Of a stretch of 64,000 nt of DNA, positions 35,892 to 48,949 are shown in pieces. Origin of the DNA: Octopus sinensis (Eukaryota); NCBI RefSeq assembly GCF_006345805.1, contig NC_043000.1, positions 66,588,001-66,652,000 on the forward strand. The letters run 5' to 3'. The notes beneath the pieces are model-generated. The model saw nothing but the letters and a program-made list of their open reading frames with translations. It searched no databases and was not told the origin of the DNA. Position 1 is the stretch's first letter. The number at the start of each line of letters is the position of its first letter. The position numbers and the translations under genes are program-made.

Positions 35892-36289
35892 TATACATTA
35901 AGTGAAAACTAAAACAATGCTTAAATTATTAAATACTTTAAAATGCTAGTACAAGTTTAGTAATGTTTATTTAGTTAAAATATCTACCCCTTAATTTTGT
36001 TATAAAGTAATTTATTTAACGACTAATTTAGAATTTGCTTGTTACTTCAAGCCACTCAGCATAATAAAACAGACTAATTTCTTGGTTCAAAATGTTAACC
36101 AAAAACAGTAAAGTAACATGACATACATCAGGGTGGATACAATAACATGAAGCACTGCCTATTAAAAACAGTGTCAACCGTGGTATTTACCGAGGATCCA
36201 TCGCTATTTTATAAAATACCAAATTACAGAAAACACAATTCTACATCAGAAGTTGTAGGTGCAGAAGTAGTAGTAGTAGAGTGAAAGAG

Positions 36290-36459
36290 AAAGGGAGAGA
36301 GAGAGAGAGAGAGGCAGAGAGAGAGAGAGAGAGAGGCAGAGAGAGAGAGAGATGGAGAGAGAGAGAGATGGCTAATATACATATCAATTGAATGATATAT
36401 GTTATTGTAATATTTTTTTTACATATATTACCAGATGGCCCCGTTTGGCTATCCATCCC

Positions 36460-36502
<43 letters not shown>

Positions 36503-36515
36503 CACACACACACAC

Positions 36516-36560
<45 letters not shown>

Positions 36561-36566
36561 ATACAC
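36290..36566. repeat. (GA)n and (CA)n/(TA)n microsatellites
   Basis: Direct (36290-36368; 36463-36566). Confidence 0.95.
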
Positions 36567-37015
36567 ATGTATGAAAAATGGAGACCACCTCCTCCTGTGG
36601 GATGGAGTTAAAATAATAGATAGAGAGCACCACTGGAAAATTCGAAAACTAAAAGAAGCAACACATATGCTAGGACACAACAACCTGCTAAGCAGACCGA
36701 GTGCAGATATGTGTAGCATATGGGGACCGGTATTAAGGAAGGATAGGAAAATATTAGATTTATAAGCCCTAAAATTCACTCCATAATTGCCCATGGGAAT
36801 ATGGTTAAGAGCGCGGGCTACTAACCCCATGATTCCGAGTTTGATTCCAGGCAGTGACCAGAATAGTAATAATAATAATAATAATAATAACAATAATAGT
36901 AACATCGAAAAATACCTCAGGAATGAGAACCCAAGTTCGAAATTTCTCTAAGACACCTGATGAAGGCTGAAGGGTGTATCAGCTGAAACGTATCCGACAA
37001 ATGTAAATAATGTAC
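36567..37015 (+). mobile_element. Penelope-like element 3' remnant: GIY-YIG C-terminus, tRNA-like segment, truncated hammerhead
   Basis: HLLLWDGVKIIDREHHWKIRKLKEATHM...LSRPSADMCSIWGPVL; TGGTTAAG...GAGTTTGATTCC; CTGATGA...GAAAC at 36957-36989. Confidence 0.72.
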
Positions 37016-37016
37016 G

Positions 37017-40000
37017 CTAGATAAGTGCTGTAACGGATTACTGGGGCTCCAAGGTTATGGAACATTGTTGCCTCATCCCACTGCAGATATACATTCACGC
37101 ATGTCAGTCTAAAAGTGACAGTGTAATAGTAATGTAATAGTAATACTTTAACACTCAATGGTTTTACACTTCTGTATATGACATGGACCTACTATGTAAG
37201 TGCTTCTTCATATACTGTGTTTTTTGTCTTGCCATGTTTATCCCTGAGAATGTAGAGGTTCTTTTTTTATCTCAAACTCTAGAACATCCAACATACAGCT
37301 GACCATGTGAGAAACAGGATTGAAGGAGTTTAAGATCCACCACCTTTAGAGACTGACCTTGTGCTTTTTTGATAGACATTGCAAAGCTAAGTTTGACAGG
37401 AAATTGCAGTCTCTTGAACTGAAAGGGGAGATCATTTGAGATGAGAGGTATCCTTGGAATGAAGACATTCTCCCCATCATGTTGCCTGTAATTATTGTTG
37501 CTTCCAACACATGAAGCATAGCTATTTTAACAACCAATATTCTTCCATTGCAGAGTCTGGGTGCATCAAGGTTTCTTAATAGCTTTATGGGAGCATCTGT
37601 TTTCACGATCAGAATGTGTGGTGGAAATTCTGGTGGCTGAAGTGAATTGAGGAACTCCACTGGGTAATGCGTTGCCTGTTCTTGATCAGGAACAGAGTCA
37701 ATTGATCTGTACGCAATTGATTAGGTCCTGGAAGCTGAGGCAACAAATTTGAATTCAGCTTGTCTACAGCATCATTCCTTGGTGCCAGAATTGTTCTCCC
37801 ACATAGCCACTTGTGACTTTTATAGTTTGTGGCAATGTTTGGAAACACCTTGCTCTTTAGTTCTTCAACGGAGGCAGTCATATTACCACATGGGAGATGG
37901 TGCAGACATCTTCTGGATCTTGTGGAAGCTTTCCACTTCCAATGTCAAGTAACTTATTGGAGAACTGTGTGGCTAACGGATCACCATGAATGTGGATCCT
38001 CATGTTGCTTGTCAGAGTAAGCTGCTTGACATGTTGCCAGATATATGAAGACTTGATGCAAGCTCTCAGCTCATCTGCCCTTGTTCCTCTGGGAATGACA
38101 AGCAGCGTTTGCCTGAAGTCACTTGCCATGAGGAGGGTGACACCACCCATGATCTAATTGCTTCTGAAGTCTTGTAATGTTGTATCAAGCGCCACAAAGG
38201 CTGCCTTTTGGGACATTGTTGCCTCATCCCAGACGATGAGTTTGGCATCTGTAAGGAGCTTTGCTAATGATGTATTCTTGGATATGTTGCATAAAGGAGA
38301 TTCATTTTGGATGAGGTTCAGAGGCAGCTTGAATGTTGAATGGGCTGTTCTTCCACCTGTCAGAAGTGAAGATGCAATTCCAGAGGATACAACAGCCAGA
38401 GCAATCTTCTGTCTCACCTTGGCAAGGAACTGATTGATCAATAATGTCTTTCATGTGCCTCCAGGAGCATCTAAGAAGAAAACCCCCTCCAGTGTTATTG
38501 TCCACAGATGTAAGAACTTGCCAGTATACCCCCTCTTGATCCTGTAGCAGAATTGGTTCCTTTTCATTGACAACTGCTTGCACACTTTTCAAGTTGTATG
38601 ATGTTTCCCTGATTAGCTCTTGTGCTAACATATATTTAGCATCTCTGACAGGAGCTGGAAGACCATAGATTTCAAGTTTGTTTCCATCCAGTGATTGAAC
38701 CTTGTTGTCTATTAATCTTAATGCTTCATTGAAAATGTCATCATTGAACGTGACATCACAGTCACACTAATATTTAATTCTTTGAAGAATGTCTCCAAAA
38801 AGCCCCTCCTTGTATTTGTACCAAAGTTGATCTGGATTTGACAATCCACAGTTCACCAGCATGATGGAGAAGAGGTTTCTCAGTTGCATAGGAGACTTGC
38901 ACATTTGTGCCTCTGTCAGAGTGACATCCCAGTATGCATCATCTTCCAGAAAACCTCTGAGATGGCAAGCCTGGCGATATGTTTGACATACTGTGTTATC
39001 AACCGTGCATAAAGCTGTAAATGATGTGGGTCCCTTGACATGGTGTAATAGAAGTCTTAGATAGTAGCACTCTGAGTAGTTTGGATGGACAACATAGACA
39101 CTGCCAAGTGTGTCTGATTTTTTGATTCACGGATGATGTGTAGGTGCTCCAAGTGCACGTCTTTTCCATTTGTTTTGGCAACAGGTATGGAATGGTGGAA
39201 CTTCATTGTATAGTAGTGTTGTAACAAATTCATCATCTTGACAGAGCTTGAAGAATACTGTGAGTGTGAGCTTCCATTTGTAGTTGGACTGTGTCTAGGA
39301 TGTAGTAAACCATTTCGCCATTCTCCAAGTGAACTGCAAGATGTTGCACGTGGGGATATCTCTCATGAATGGGGAACCTGAAGATTCTCCAACATGCTTC
39401 ACCACTGTTGATACACCTTCACATTTGGAAGGTCTTGATTTTAGCATTGCTCCCTGAATCCTGGACTGCACAGACTGCCATGTCAGATCCTTTGTTGACA
39501 TATTTGTACACATACTTAATGGATTTCACTGAGTTACAGAACTCAACATTGATGTGTGCGTTGAATATCCTGAAGAGATATTGTCAACGGGAATTTCAGT
39601 TTCAAATAACCTCTTGTTGTTGGTTTCAAACCCATCATCACTTGGCCTTCTTCTTCTGAAGAGTGGATAGCCATCATGTCCAGTCTGTGTCTCTTGAAGG
39701 AACTTCTTTTGAAAGCCTTTTCTACACTTTCTATCCTGCATGCATGGAGCATGTAAGTTGATGTTGCCACATGGACCATGAACCATTTGGGTCTTGACCA
39801 CATTGAAGAGTTCTGGATCTTCTGAGGATCTGGAATCTCTGCACTGATGAACTTATCTATTATCCAGGCATAGATTTAGTCTGTAAGCCACAGCAGGATG
39901 TGTACATGAGGAAGTCCACGTTTCTGCCACTCTATTGTATATATGTGGAATCTAGTGGCACCGAACACTTTATCTTTGGTCAGTAACTGCATGAGCTTGA

Positions 40001-42356
40001 TAACCTTCTGTCTGAAGACCCTTGCCTATCGTTAGGCTGTTGGTTTGAGAAGAGTTCATTTTGAATCTCTTTCCCTTTAGGATTGTATGTGAAGGTTATG
40101 AAGAGGTCTGTTCTGAAGTAGTGTCTAACATATGTCATGGCATCTTCTGTGTGCTCATGCATGTATCTTGGGCTTGCTGTGAATGATGATGGAAGGATGA
40201 TCAGTTGGCCCATGTTGCTGACATCATGATCATTCAGCATTGCATCTTGTAGGTGTGCATATGATTCCACACTCAATTTCTTCTGGTTCAGTCTCAAGTA
40301 GAGTAATCGTTCACTTTCAGTTTATGCATACGTGTCAACAATGAACTGACTGAACAGACCTCTACAATGTAGGATGTGGTTTGAATCTTAACTCCTGATG
40401 TGGAATGCATAGAAGTCATTGGCTGAAACTCGCTTTGAGAAGTTTATCTGACTAATGTCAATGTGGTAAATATTTTGTCCATAACAGAACAGCAATGTAT
40501 ATTGTAGTGCATCATAGGATCTGTGCGTTTCTGAAATCCTCATCAATGTGCTGCCTCTGAGATGGAAGACAATATCACGTTTGTCATGTTCTTGCTCAAC
40601 CAGAAGCACAGCTATTTCATTTACCGTTGGCGCATTAACCCTCTCTCCATGTTGACCAGATGGTTTCTTGTCTGATCTGATAACTACTTTGCAATCCATG
40701 GAGTCAGGTGGAATTGTTTCAAGCGCTGTTTTGAAGCTTCTGATCAGGTTGTTACTGCAATGCAGCATCTTTTGCAGAGACTCTACAATGTTCATCCTGA
40801 TGCCGGAAATGTTCTTGCATTTCTATTGAGAATCATCCATAAAATATATTTGAAGGAATTTTGGTGATTCATTCGACAGAGGTAGTAGAGAGCCAATCCG
40901 ATGATAAATCTGACCTTGGACATTGAAAGTTGGCATGAATCCTGGTTCAATTATATCTCTTGTGGCTCCAAATGATGTCATCTGTAGTGCAGCATTGTAC
41001 TGTCTAACTTTGTTTTGGAAGTGCTTGGAATCTTGGTCAGTTGATGACAACAGTTTCTTCAATGGCTCTGGAGGTAGGGGGATTGCAGGAAATTTAACCT
41101 TTCCACCACCGCAGCACAGTGCAGGTGTTTCTCCAAGCCACTTCCTTGCTTTACAATATATGCACTCCGTTGTCATTGCACCAATAGAAACTCCAATGTC
41201 ATCTGCATAATGAATTGCTGGATCATAATCGAAAGCTGCTTCATAGAAGTTGCTTCTCTGAGCTGTTGCAACTGCTCTTCGTTCTGCAGTGGAGATCCTA
41301 TTCCTTGTCAGTCGTGCATACTTCTGTTCATTACTTTGAGATGTTCTGATTTTTATAGTACACAGCCTGTTCGTTTCTTGGTGTGCTTCCCTTTCTGCAG
41401 CTGTCTCCCTTTCCCTGGACAGAGACATTCTTTTGGCTGACCATGACATTGTAGACAAATTTAATACTTTCCTTCTAGGTATGGTTATATACGTATACAG
41501 AAATACACGGGTGCAGAAGATAGTAAACAAGGTAACGGAAATTATGTTTCTTAACACGACGGGCAGAAAGCAAATAAGAAATTTTAACTGAAAATAAAGT
41601 ATTGTACGGGTTGAAGCGAAATTTGTCACTCAGTTAACCAAAGAGTCAGTATCGAAGGAACCAGAAAAAACCGTACTTCTCTCAGTAAATTATGAAATTA
41701 CATCAGTAATAGTGAAGTTGTCATAAATAGCAATTTAAAACTTAAACTTACAGTCAAAATAATAACGATTGTAGTTAAAGTGAAAAAACAATAGCGTGGG
41801 AAAATTGAAACCGTACGGATTGAAGTGAAATTAATGAAGATACTTCTGTCAGTAAATTATGAAATTGCTTACATCAGTAATTGCGAATTTCTTTCTATCA
41901 GTAATTAGTCGTTGTTTGTTTGTAAATAGTGATTCAAAATTTAGACTTACAGTGAAAACAATAACATGGAAATTAAACAATGGCGTATGAAAATTGAAAG
42001 TGAAAAGAATAGCGTCTGAAAAATGAAAGTGAAAACAAGAGATATAGATAGAGGTAGATAGCGAGAGATTGATGCATAAAGAGAGAGATGGATACATAAA
42101 GAGATATGTTACGTCTTTGATGCTAGAAAATCGGAAGTAAATATTTTCAAATCTTTCAAAGTCGTGAATGTAATATAAAAAGCAATAGCAGCATGTAAAT
42201 ATTTTTTTATTTTTAATAATTTTTAATAAAAAAAAAAAAATCAAATGAATAGCCTATAATTTGTCCGAGGTCAAATTATTCATGCATCACAAGTATGATA
42301 GCAATTGGTGAAGCCGTTTTCCCATGAAAAGTGAATACTCACGCGTCTCTATTATA
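37017..42356 (-). mobile_element. Helitron, autonomous type, decayed
   Basis: 3' CTAG at 37017-37020 with remnant hairpin GTAA-TCCG-TTAC; 5' end '..TATAATAGAGACGCG'; RepHel coding region. Confidence 0.9.
37200..41449 (-). pseudogene. Helitron RepHel (HUH Rep + PIF1-like helicase), multiple frameshifts and stops
   Basis: [125 protein letters not shown]. Confidence 0.93.
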
Positions 42357-42897
42357 TCTCTATATTATAATTCTGAAATGCGAAAAGTTTGTTTGTCTGG
42401 TTTTGGCATTGAGAACGGGTTAAAGGCCACTAGATCCCGTCGGATTGACTCCAAAATTTACAGGGACATGTAAAATGAGGCGAGGATGCGAGTGGGCTAG
42501 AAATCCCCATCTTAAAAGGTGTGGTTGCTAGGGCCAAAAACGTACACTTTGAGTCTTCTCTCATTCTTTTATGTGTCTGTCTTTCTCCATCTCTCACTCT
42601 TTTTCCTCCCTTCCCTTCAATTTCTCTCTATAACGTCGTTTCACAGCGTCTACCTCCCTTCCTTTCAATTTCTCTCTATAACGTCGTTCGATAGCGTCTA
42701 CTATCTTTCCTCCTCCGCCTTCGCCAGCGCTATCACACGCACACTCTCTCTCTCTACGTCTGTCTGCATTCATAGAGAGAATTATCATCGCCACCACCAC
42801 CACCACCACCACCACCACACAACCATGAGAACAAATATTATGAATCAGGTATTTATTAGGTTAATTTATGTGTGTATGTGTGTTCTATATATAAATA

Positions 42898-43696
42898 CTA
42901 GCAGTATTGCTCGGCTTGTGCGCTCGTGCGTTCAATGCAAGCGCGAATTAAGCTAAACTTGGATGAAGTTCAATCAAAATTCAATTATTTTGGTTTTAAA
43001 ATCAAAGATTTAATGCCCTCTATTTTTGCGCTTATGTGTTCCATTTCCTCAATAGGAAGTACGTAGAAGCGTTTCATAAATTTTTGTTGATCAAATAATT
43101 GCATTGTTGAATTATTCTTTTATATCAGTATTTCTCAATGGGGATTTCAAGGGAGAGTTTCAGGGAGTCGCTGGCGATGTATCGTGATGATCAAAAATCC
43201 GGCCTGCTAAAATTTGGTTAAAGTGATTCAAACTGCAGACTCAACGCAAAATGGTCACATTTAATTCAAAGCGTTAAAAATGTTATGAAAACAATTGGTA
43301 TGTGTTCACAAAGTCCAAACGATTAATACGAAAAAGCCCTCCAGGCTACATCCCGAAAATTCATTTCTTTGTCGAATTTCTACAATGTTTACGGCGATTC
43401 GTTTTTATATTTTTATTTTTTATTTTTCATGCTTGCACGCGTGTTGAACACAGTTCACGTCAAAGAGCTGACTGAGTAAAGTTCACTATTCAATGCATGG
43501 GATGAGGCCTAAACAAATACATTATCGATTTTTGCACTTGCGAGATAAATTTCGGAACAGAAATAGCGCAGTTCAATTTTCATTCGCCTAAACTTTAAGT
43601 GACCCATTTTTGGTGGTTCTACGATTTGTTGGCTAGGAGGAGATGTGCCGGGAAGTTAAACACACAGACACACAAGTTGAGTTTTATATATATAGA
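42898..43696 (-). mobile_element. Non-autonomous Helitron
   Basis: A|TCTATATATATAAAACTCAACTTGTGTGTCTG ... GCCGAGCAATACTGCTAG|T. Confidence 0.75.
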
Positions 43697-43711
43697 TGTA
43701 TATATAATGTA

Positions 43712-44106
43712 CTAGCAGTATCGCCCGGCGTTGCTCGGGTTGTAAGGGAAATAACTATATAAGCATTTTTAGAGAGTTATAGCCAAAAAATAGCAAAAAA
43801 ATGCATTAAAAATTGAAAAAAAATTAAGGTAAATTTTTTTTTAAATCGTTGACACATCGTAGATATTTTTAGAGAGTTACTTCCCTTATATAAAAGCGAA
43901 AAAAATGCATTAAAATGGAAAAATATGATGGTAAATTTTTTTTAAATCGTAGACTCATCGTAGACGCGCGCTAATACCCAGAAGGGCTCGATATGAATCA
44001 CGACTATAAGATACCCGCATTTGGTTAAACTGCACCGCAAAATGTGGGAGTAGTTAGGAATCTAAATCGTAGGAGACAGACACACAACTTCACTCTTATA
44101 TAAAGA
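43712..44106 (-). mobile_element. Non-autonomous Helitron
   Basis: A|TCTTTATATAAGAGTGAAGTTGTGTGTCTG ... CCCGAGCAACGCCGGG hairpin, CGATACTGCTAG|T. Confidence 0.85.
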
Positions 44107-44432
44107 TGCTTTTTTTTTTCAGTCATAGAGTTAGATTTATGAAGGTCTTCAGTAGAAAATCCTTCGAATTCTGACTCGCTGCTTGATATCATGAAATTCG
44201 TATCCATTTTTTGTCAGAATTACAAATTTTGAAAACACAATAGGAACAAATTTCGGAAAAAAATCTCCCATAATTCACAGAATTAAAATTACACTTCGAT
44301 TTTTGTACAAAACTGTAGTTGAAGTGTTTACGAAGTATAATACGTGTTTTCACGAATGTACTAAAGAGATTTACTCTGATATTCTCATTTAAATATGAAT
44401 AGGTAAATTCGGGCGGTTTGGTAACGAAAGGG
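44107..44432 (-). mobile_element. piggyBac-type left-end fragment
   Basis: TTAA|CCCTTTCGTTACCAAACCGCCC, similar to 14974-15250; short acidic frame SSSESEFEGFSTED. Confidence 0.7.
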
Positions 44433-45376
44433 TTAAACGGATGCATACATTTATTAATCTCTTATTATAATAACTATATATAAGTATATAAGTGTCGTCT
44501 GTTTATACATAAACACTGTTTCATACTGCAATTATATATACATATATTTATATATAATATTATATAATAAAATATATACAGAGTAAAATAAAAACCAATT
44601 TACCTTTTCTGTATTGTTATAGCAATTCCACCGTCCGTGTGTCTTTGCAAATGTGTTGGAATGATAAGTGAGTTGTGTTTTGGTGCCTTTTTTACTAATA
44701 ACAAACACACACGTGTTTGTATGTAGTTGTTTGAAACGTTTGTGTTTGCCACTCTCATATATGTATGTGTATGCGTGTGTGTGAGGAATGACACACACAC
44801 ACTCACGCACGCACACATGTACATCAATGCTTTCGGAGTGATATGTTAAAATATTGAGTTTTCTCGAATTTTGTCTTAATTAGTGGTAAAATTGAAAGAA
44901 ATTTTTTATGGCATCACCCACTGAAGTACTCTGAAAAATCATGGGTACACTCTAATTGAAGAAATTGTGTGAGGAGTAAATCGTTATGTATTTATTTGTT
45001 TCTGTTTGCTGTGTTTTTTTATTTTTTGAGTAGTGGTTTAAATACTTTCAGTTTAGTCTTCCTCAAATCACTCTGTCGCTATTTACTTTCATTTTATTCG
45101 TTGCACACTGTGTGTGTGCGTGTGCGTGTGGTGTAAACCACATTAAGAAAAGCATTTGGCATACACACCAGAATGTGAGTTTTCTGTAAATTTTGCTTAA
45201 TTGGAGTTTAAATTTTAAAAACTGGACCTGGCATGACCCGATGCATTCTACTCTCAAAAATGCTAGGTAAATTGTAATTGAAGAAATCCTATATTGTAGA
45301 TTTCTATAAGTTACAAAGGGAGGCAGATAAAATCTGCCTTTTATAATAAGAGATATATACAAAGTGTATATATCTG

Positions 45377-45420
<44 letters not shown>

Positions 45421-45577
45421 GTATATATTTATATATATACCACACTCTTACCCGCGCGTAGAGCGGTCACCTTAAGCTAGTATATTATATATATATGGAG
45501 AGAATTCACAAAAAAGAAAACAAAGCACAAAAGACGAAGACAGGTGGTGTAGACAACAAACAGGTGCATTAGTTTAA

Positions 45578-45629
<52 letters not shown>

Positions 45630-46239
45630 GTGGGTACAAGACGTCACCTACATACATACATGTATATACATGTATGGTGAAGCCGTTTTCGCATGAAAAG
45701 TGAATACGCACGCGTCTCTATTATATATATTATATTTATATGTGGAGAATTCACAAAAAAACCCCATAAAAGACGAAGACAGGTGGTGTAGACAACAAAC
45801 AGGTGCATTATTTTAACGCTCTCTCTCTCTATATATATATATACGTAGGTACAAGACGTCACCTACATACATACATGTATATACATGCATACATACATAA
45901 ATATATATATTCTTGATGTCAATTCGTGTGTCGAAAGAAATACTATTGAACCTTGGGAGGTGCATTATGCCACGCATTGTTATTGTTAGTTAATGGGTTA
46001 GTTACTCCGTCAACCAATTTATCGATCAGCCGTTTTTGCTAGTTTTTCAAACTCATATGTTCAACACCTTGGTCAAACAGTTATTTGTTCAAATGTTGAG
46101 CATTGTTAGTGTTATCATTTCTTTTTTTGTCAATTATTTCATCGCATTGTTGCAATCTTTTCAGTGACACGTCTCTCTACTTCCATTTCTTTTGAACTTA
46201 TGTCCCAGCGTTGGGATTCGTCCGAGATCTGTCTAAGAT

Positions 46240-46780
46240 GAGTATGTAAGTGTGTGCATGTCTGCATGTGTGTGTGCTTATACGTAAGTGTGTGCATCCG
46301 TATGTGTGTGTGTTTTAAATACTGACTATGTCATTTTTCATATACATAAGATAGCGGTTTTGGTTTTCTCTTTGTCTTCTTCGCAAACGCACACGTTCAT
46401 CCATATAACGTTCTTCTCAAAGACATTTAAACCGTCTTCTTTGTTTGAGAACTGTTGAATAAATTGATATCTATATACGTGTGAGCATGTGCTTGCGTAT
46501 GCGTGCGCGTTTCCATGTGTATATGGGAGGGAATATGTGCACGAGCGTGTGTGTCTGTGTTTGCGTGAACGTGTCTGTGTTTCAGTGTGTCTTTATGTGT
46601 GTGTGTCTGTGTGTATGTGTTTGCATAGGTGTATGAGTTCCTCTGTGTTTGTGTGTGTGTGTGTGTACTTCTGTATGCATGTTTCCGTGTGTGTGCATAT
46701 GCGTATATGTGTGTGTCCGTGTGGGTGTGAGGGCATGACTGTGTCCTTATTTGTCTTTGCATGTGTATGTGTGTGTGTAA
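46240..46780. repeat. (TG)-rich degenerate microsatellite / low complexity
   Basis: Direct. Confidence 0.85.
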
Positions 46781-47004
46781 TTCATTTTGAGAACCGGATC
46801 TCGAACTACACATACTTGTAAAGCTATAAACAGCAGCATGTAAATGTTGCGTTGAAAAACTCATTTACATAAAAAAAGCCGAAGGCAGCCTTCGACATTT
46901 TTTATTATTTATTGCATTATATGTGCTTCGAGATCCAATTAAAAAAAAACGAATTATCCCACGGTCTCTCAAAAGATTATAAAACCTTATGGTGTCAACT
47001 ATAC

Positions 47005-48380
47005 ATGTTGGCTGCCCCCTCGAGTATAGCCATTGCACGAAGCTTAACTGTTATTGGTGCTGTGATCGAATGTGACTTTTTAGCCCAGCTAAAGATCTAC
47101 AATGTCTTGTGCAGAATTGGCAACTAAAACCTTTACCGGTAATAGCCGGCTGTAGTTGTAACTGGGCTTCATGTACCTTTGCATGTCGTTTAAGTCCTCC
47201 TGCCGAATTACACTCTCTTCCACATGCCTGACAGATATGATTAGTATGGTGTCTAACACCATCACCAGTGGCCAGGTTGTCACTCATCGGTTTTGCTTTA
47301 TGACAACAAAGATGACTCTTGAGTCCAGCTTTACTGAGGCAAGGTCTTGCACAGACACTGCATGTCAGCATCATAGGAATACCCTTCCCATCTGGAAGTG
47401 TAACAGCAATGCTCTTCCTGACATCCCTCCTTACTTTCTCATGCGCAACTCGAGATTTCTCAAAAGTAGCTGTCTCCTCATGCACAATCCTTCTCCACCT
47501 GCTACAATCAATAGCTATGCCCTCCCATGTGTCAGGAGAAATGCAAGCATCTCTTAAGGAAGCCTTCAGCAAGTCCTTATATCTCTTTTTTGGTTTATGT
47601 GGGGGTCGTTCTCCTTCAGCTAACTCTCCATAAAAGTGTTGTTTTGGCATCCTGGAATCCTTCATCCTGATCAGATGACCACTCCATCTGAGCCTTTCCT
47701 TTAACACAAGAGCTTCTATACTTTCGCACCGAGAGCCTTCCAATATTTAAAGATCACCGATGCAGTCCCTCTTAATGCCATAGATCCGTCTGAGACACAT
47801 CTGATGGAAACGTTCCAGTTGTTTAAGGTGGTATCGATAAGTGAACCACGTCTCGCAGGCATAGAGAAGAGAAGGGAGCACACATGCCTTGTGCACCTTT
47901 ATCTTTATCTTTCTGCATATGTCTCGCCGACTCCAGAGGCGCCTTTCTAGCCTTCCGAAAGCATCACTTGCTTTCCCAATTCTGTATGGAATTTCATCAG
48001 CCAAATTGCCATATCTATTAACAGTGCTTCCCAGGTAGACAAACTGATCAACTACATCAAGTCGTTTACCATATACATATATATTTGGTACACTATACTG
48101 CTTACCAAGGGCAGGTTGGTACATGACAAGAGTTTTCTTGAGATTGACTGTCAATCCTAAGGCAGTGCAAGCATCAGAGAATGCATTCAAAATGTATTGC
48201 ATATCAATCTCTGTGTGCGCTACTAGATCACTATCATCTGCACACAAAAGGTCTCTTATGATAGAGGTAAATACCTTTGTTTTTGCAGCAAAGGGCTTGA
48301 TATTAAATATGCTGCCAGAGGTTCGATAATGGATGTAAATACCATATCTGCAGTTTCTGAATGCAATACAGAAAACCATC
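47005..48380 (-). mobile_element. RTE-clade LINE 3' part with C-terminal C2H2 fingers
   Basis: IRDLLCADD, LGLTVNLKKT, FVYLGS, LLYACETW, RLRWSGHLIRM..SRMPK..YGEL, KRYKD. Confidence 0.9.
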
Positions 48381-48519
48381 TGTACATACATCAACTATAC
48401 ATACATACATGCATGCGTGCACACATACAAACGTACATTCATACACTCATATAAGTGTGTGTGTATTTATTCGCAAGGATGACACGCAAATTCGTGAAGC
48501 GTTCCATATTTTTATTACT

Positions 48520-48615
48520 ACGTAGCACCTTGGGTAAGTGTCTTTTACAATAGCCTCGGGCCGATTACAGCCTTGTGAGTGGATTTGGTTGACAGGAACT
48601 GAAAGAAGTCATTCG
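48520..48615 (+). mobile_element. SINE family 2 fragment
   Basis: 'cgtagcaccttgggtaagtgtc...aactgaaagaag'. Confidence 0.75.
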
Positions 48616-48930
<315 letters not shown>

Positions 48931-48949
48931 CTGTTCAAAATCAAGGAAC

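Larger units (their letters stand above)
42357..45480 (+). mobile_element. Non-autonomous Helitron carrying nested insertions
   Basis: A|TCTCTATATTATAA ... CCGCGCGTAGAGCGG hairpin, CTAG|T; empty-site copy at 45710-45735. Confidence 0.75.

Noticed and set aside
37346-38631. Host PIF1 helicase gene
   Set aside because: Intronless, frameshifted and fused to Helitron Rep motifs
47051-47743. Host C2H2 zinc-finger gene
   Set aside because: Fingers are the C-terminus of an RTE ORF; no TGEKP linkers
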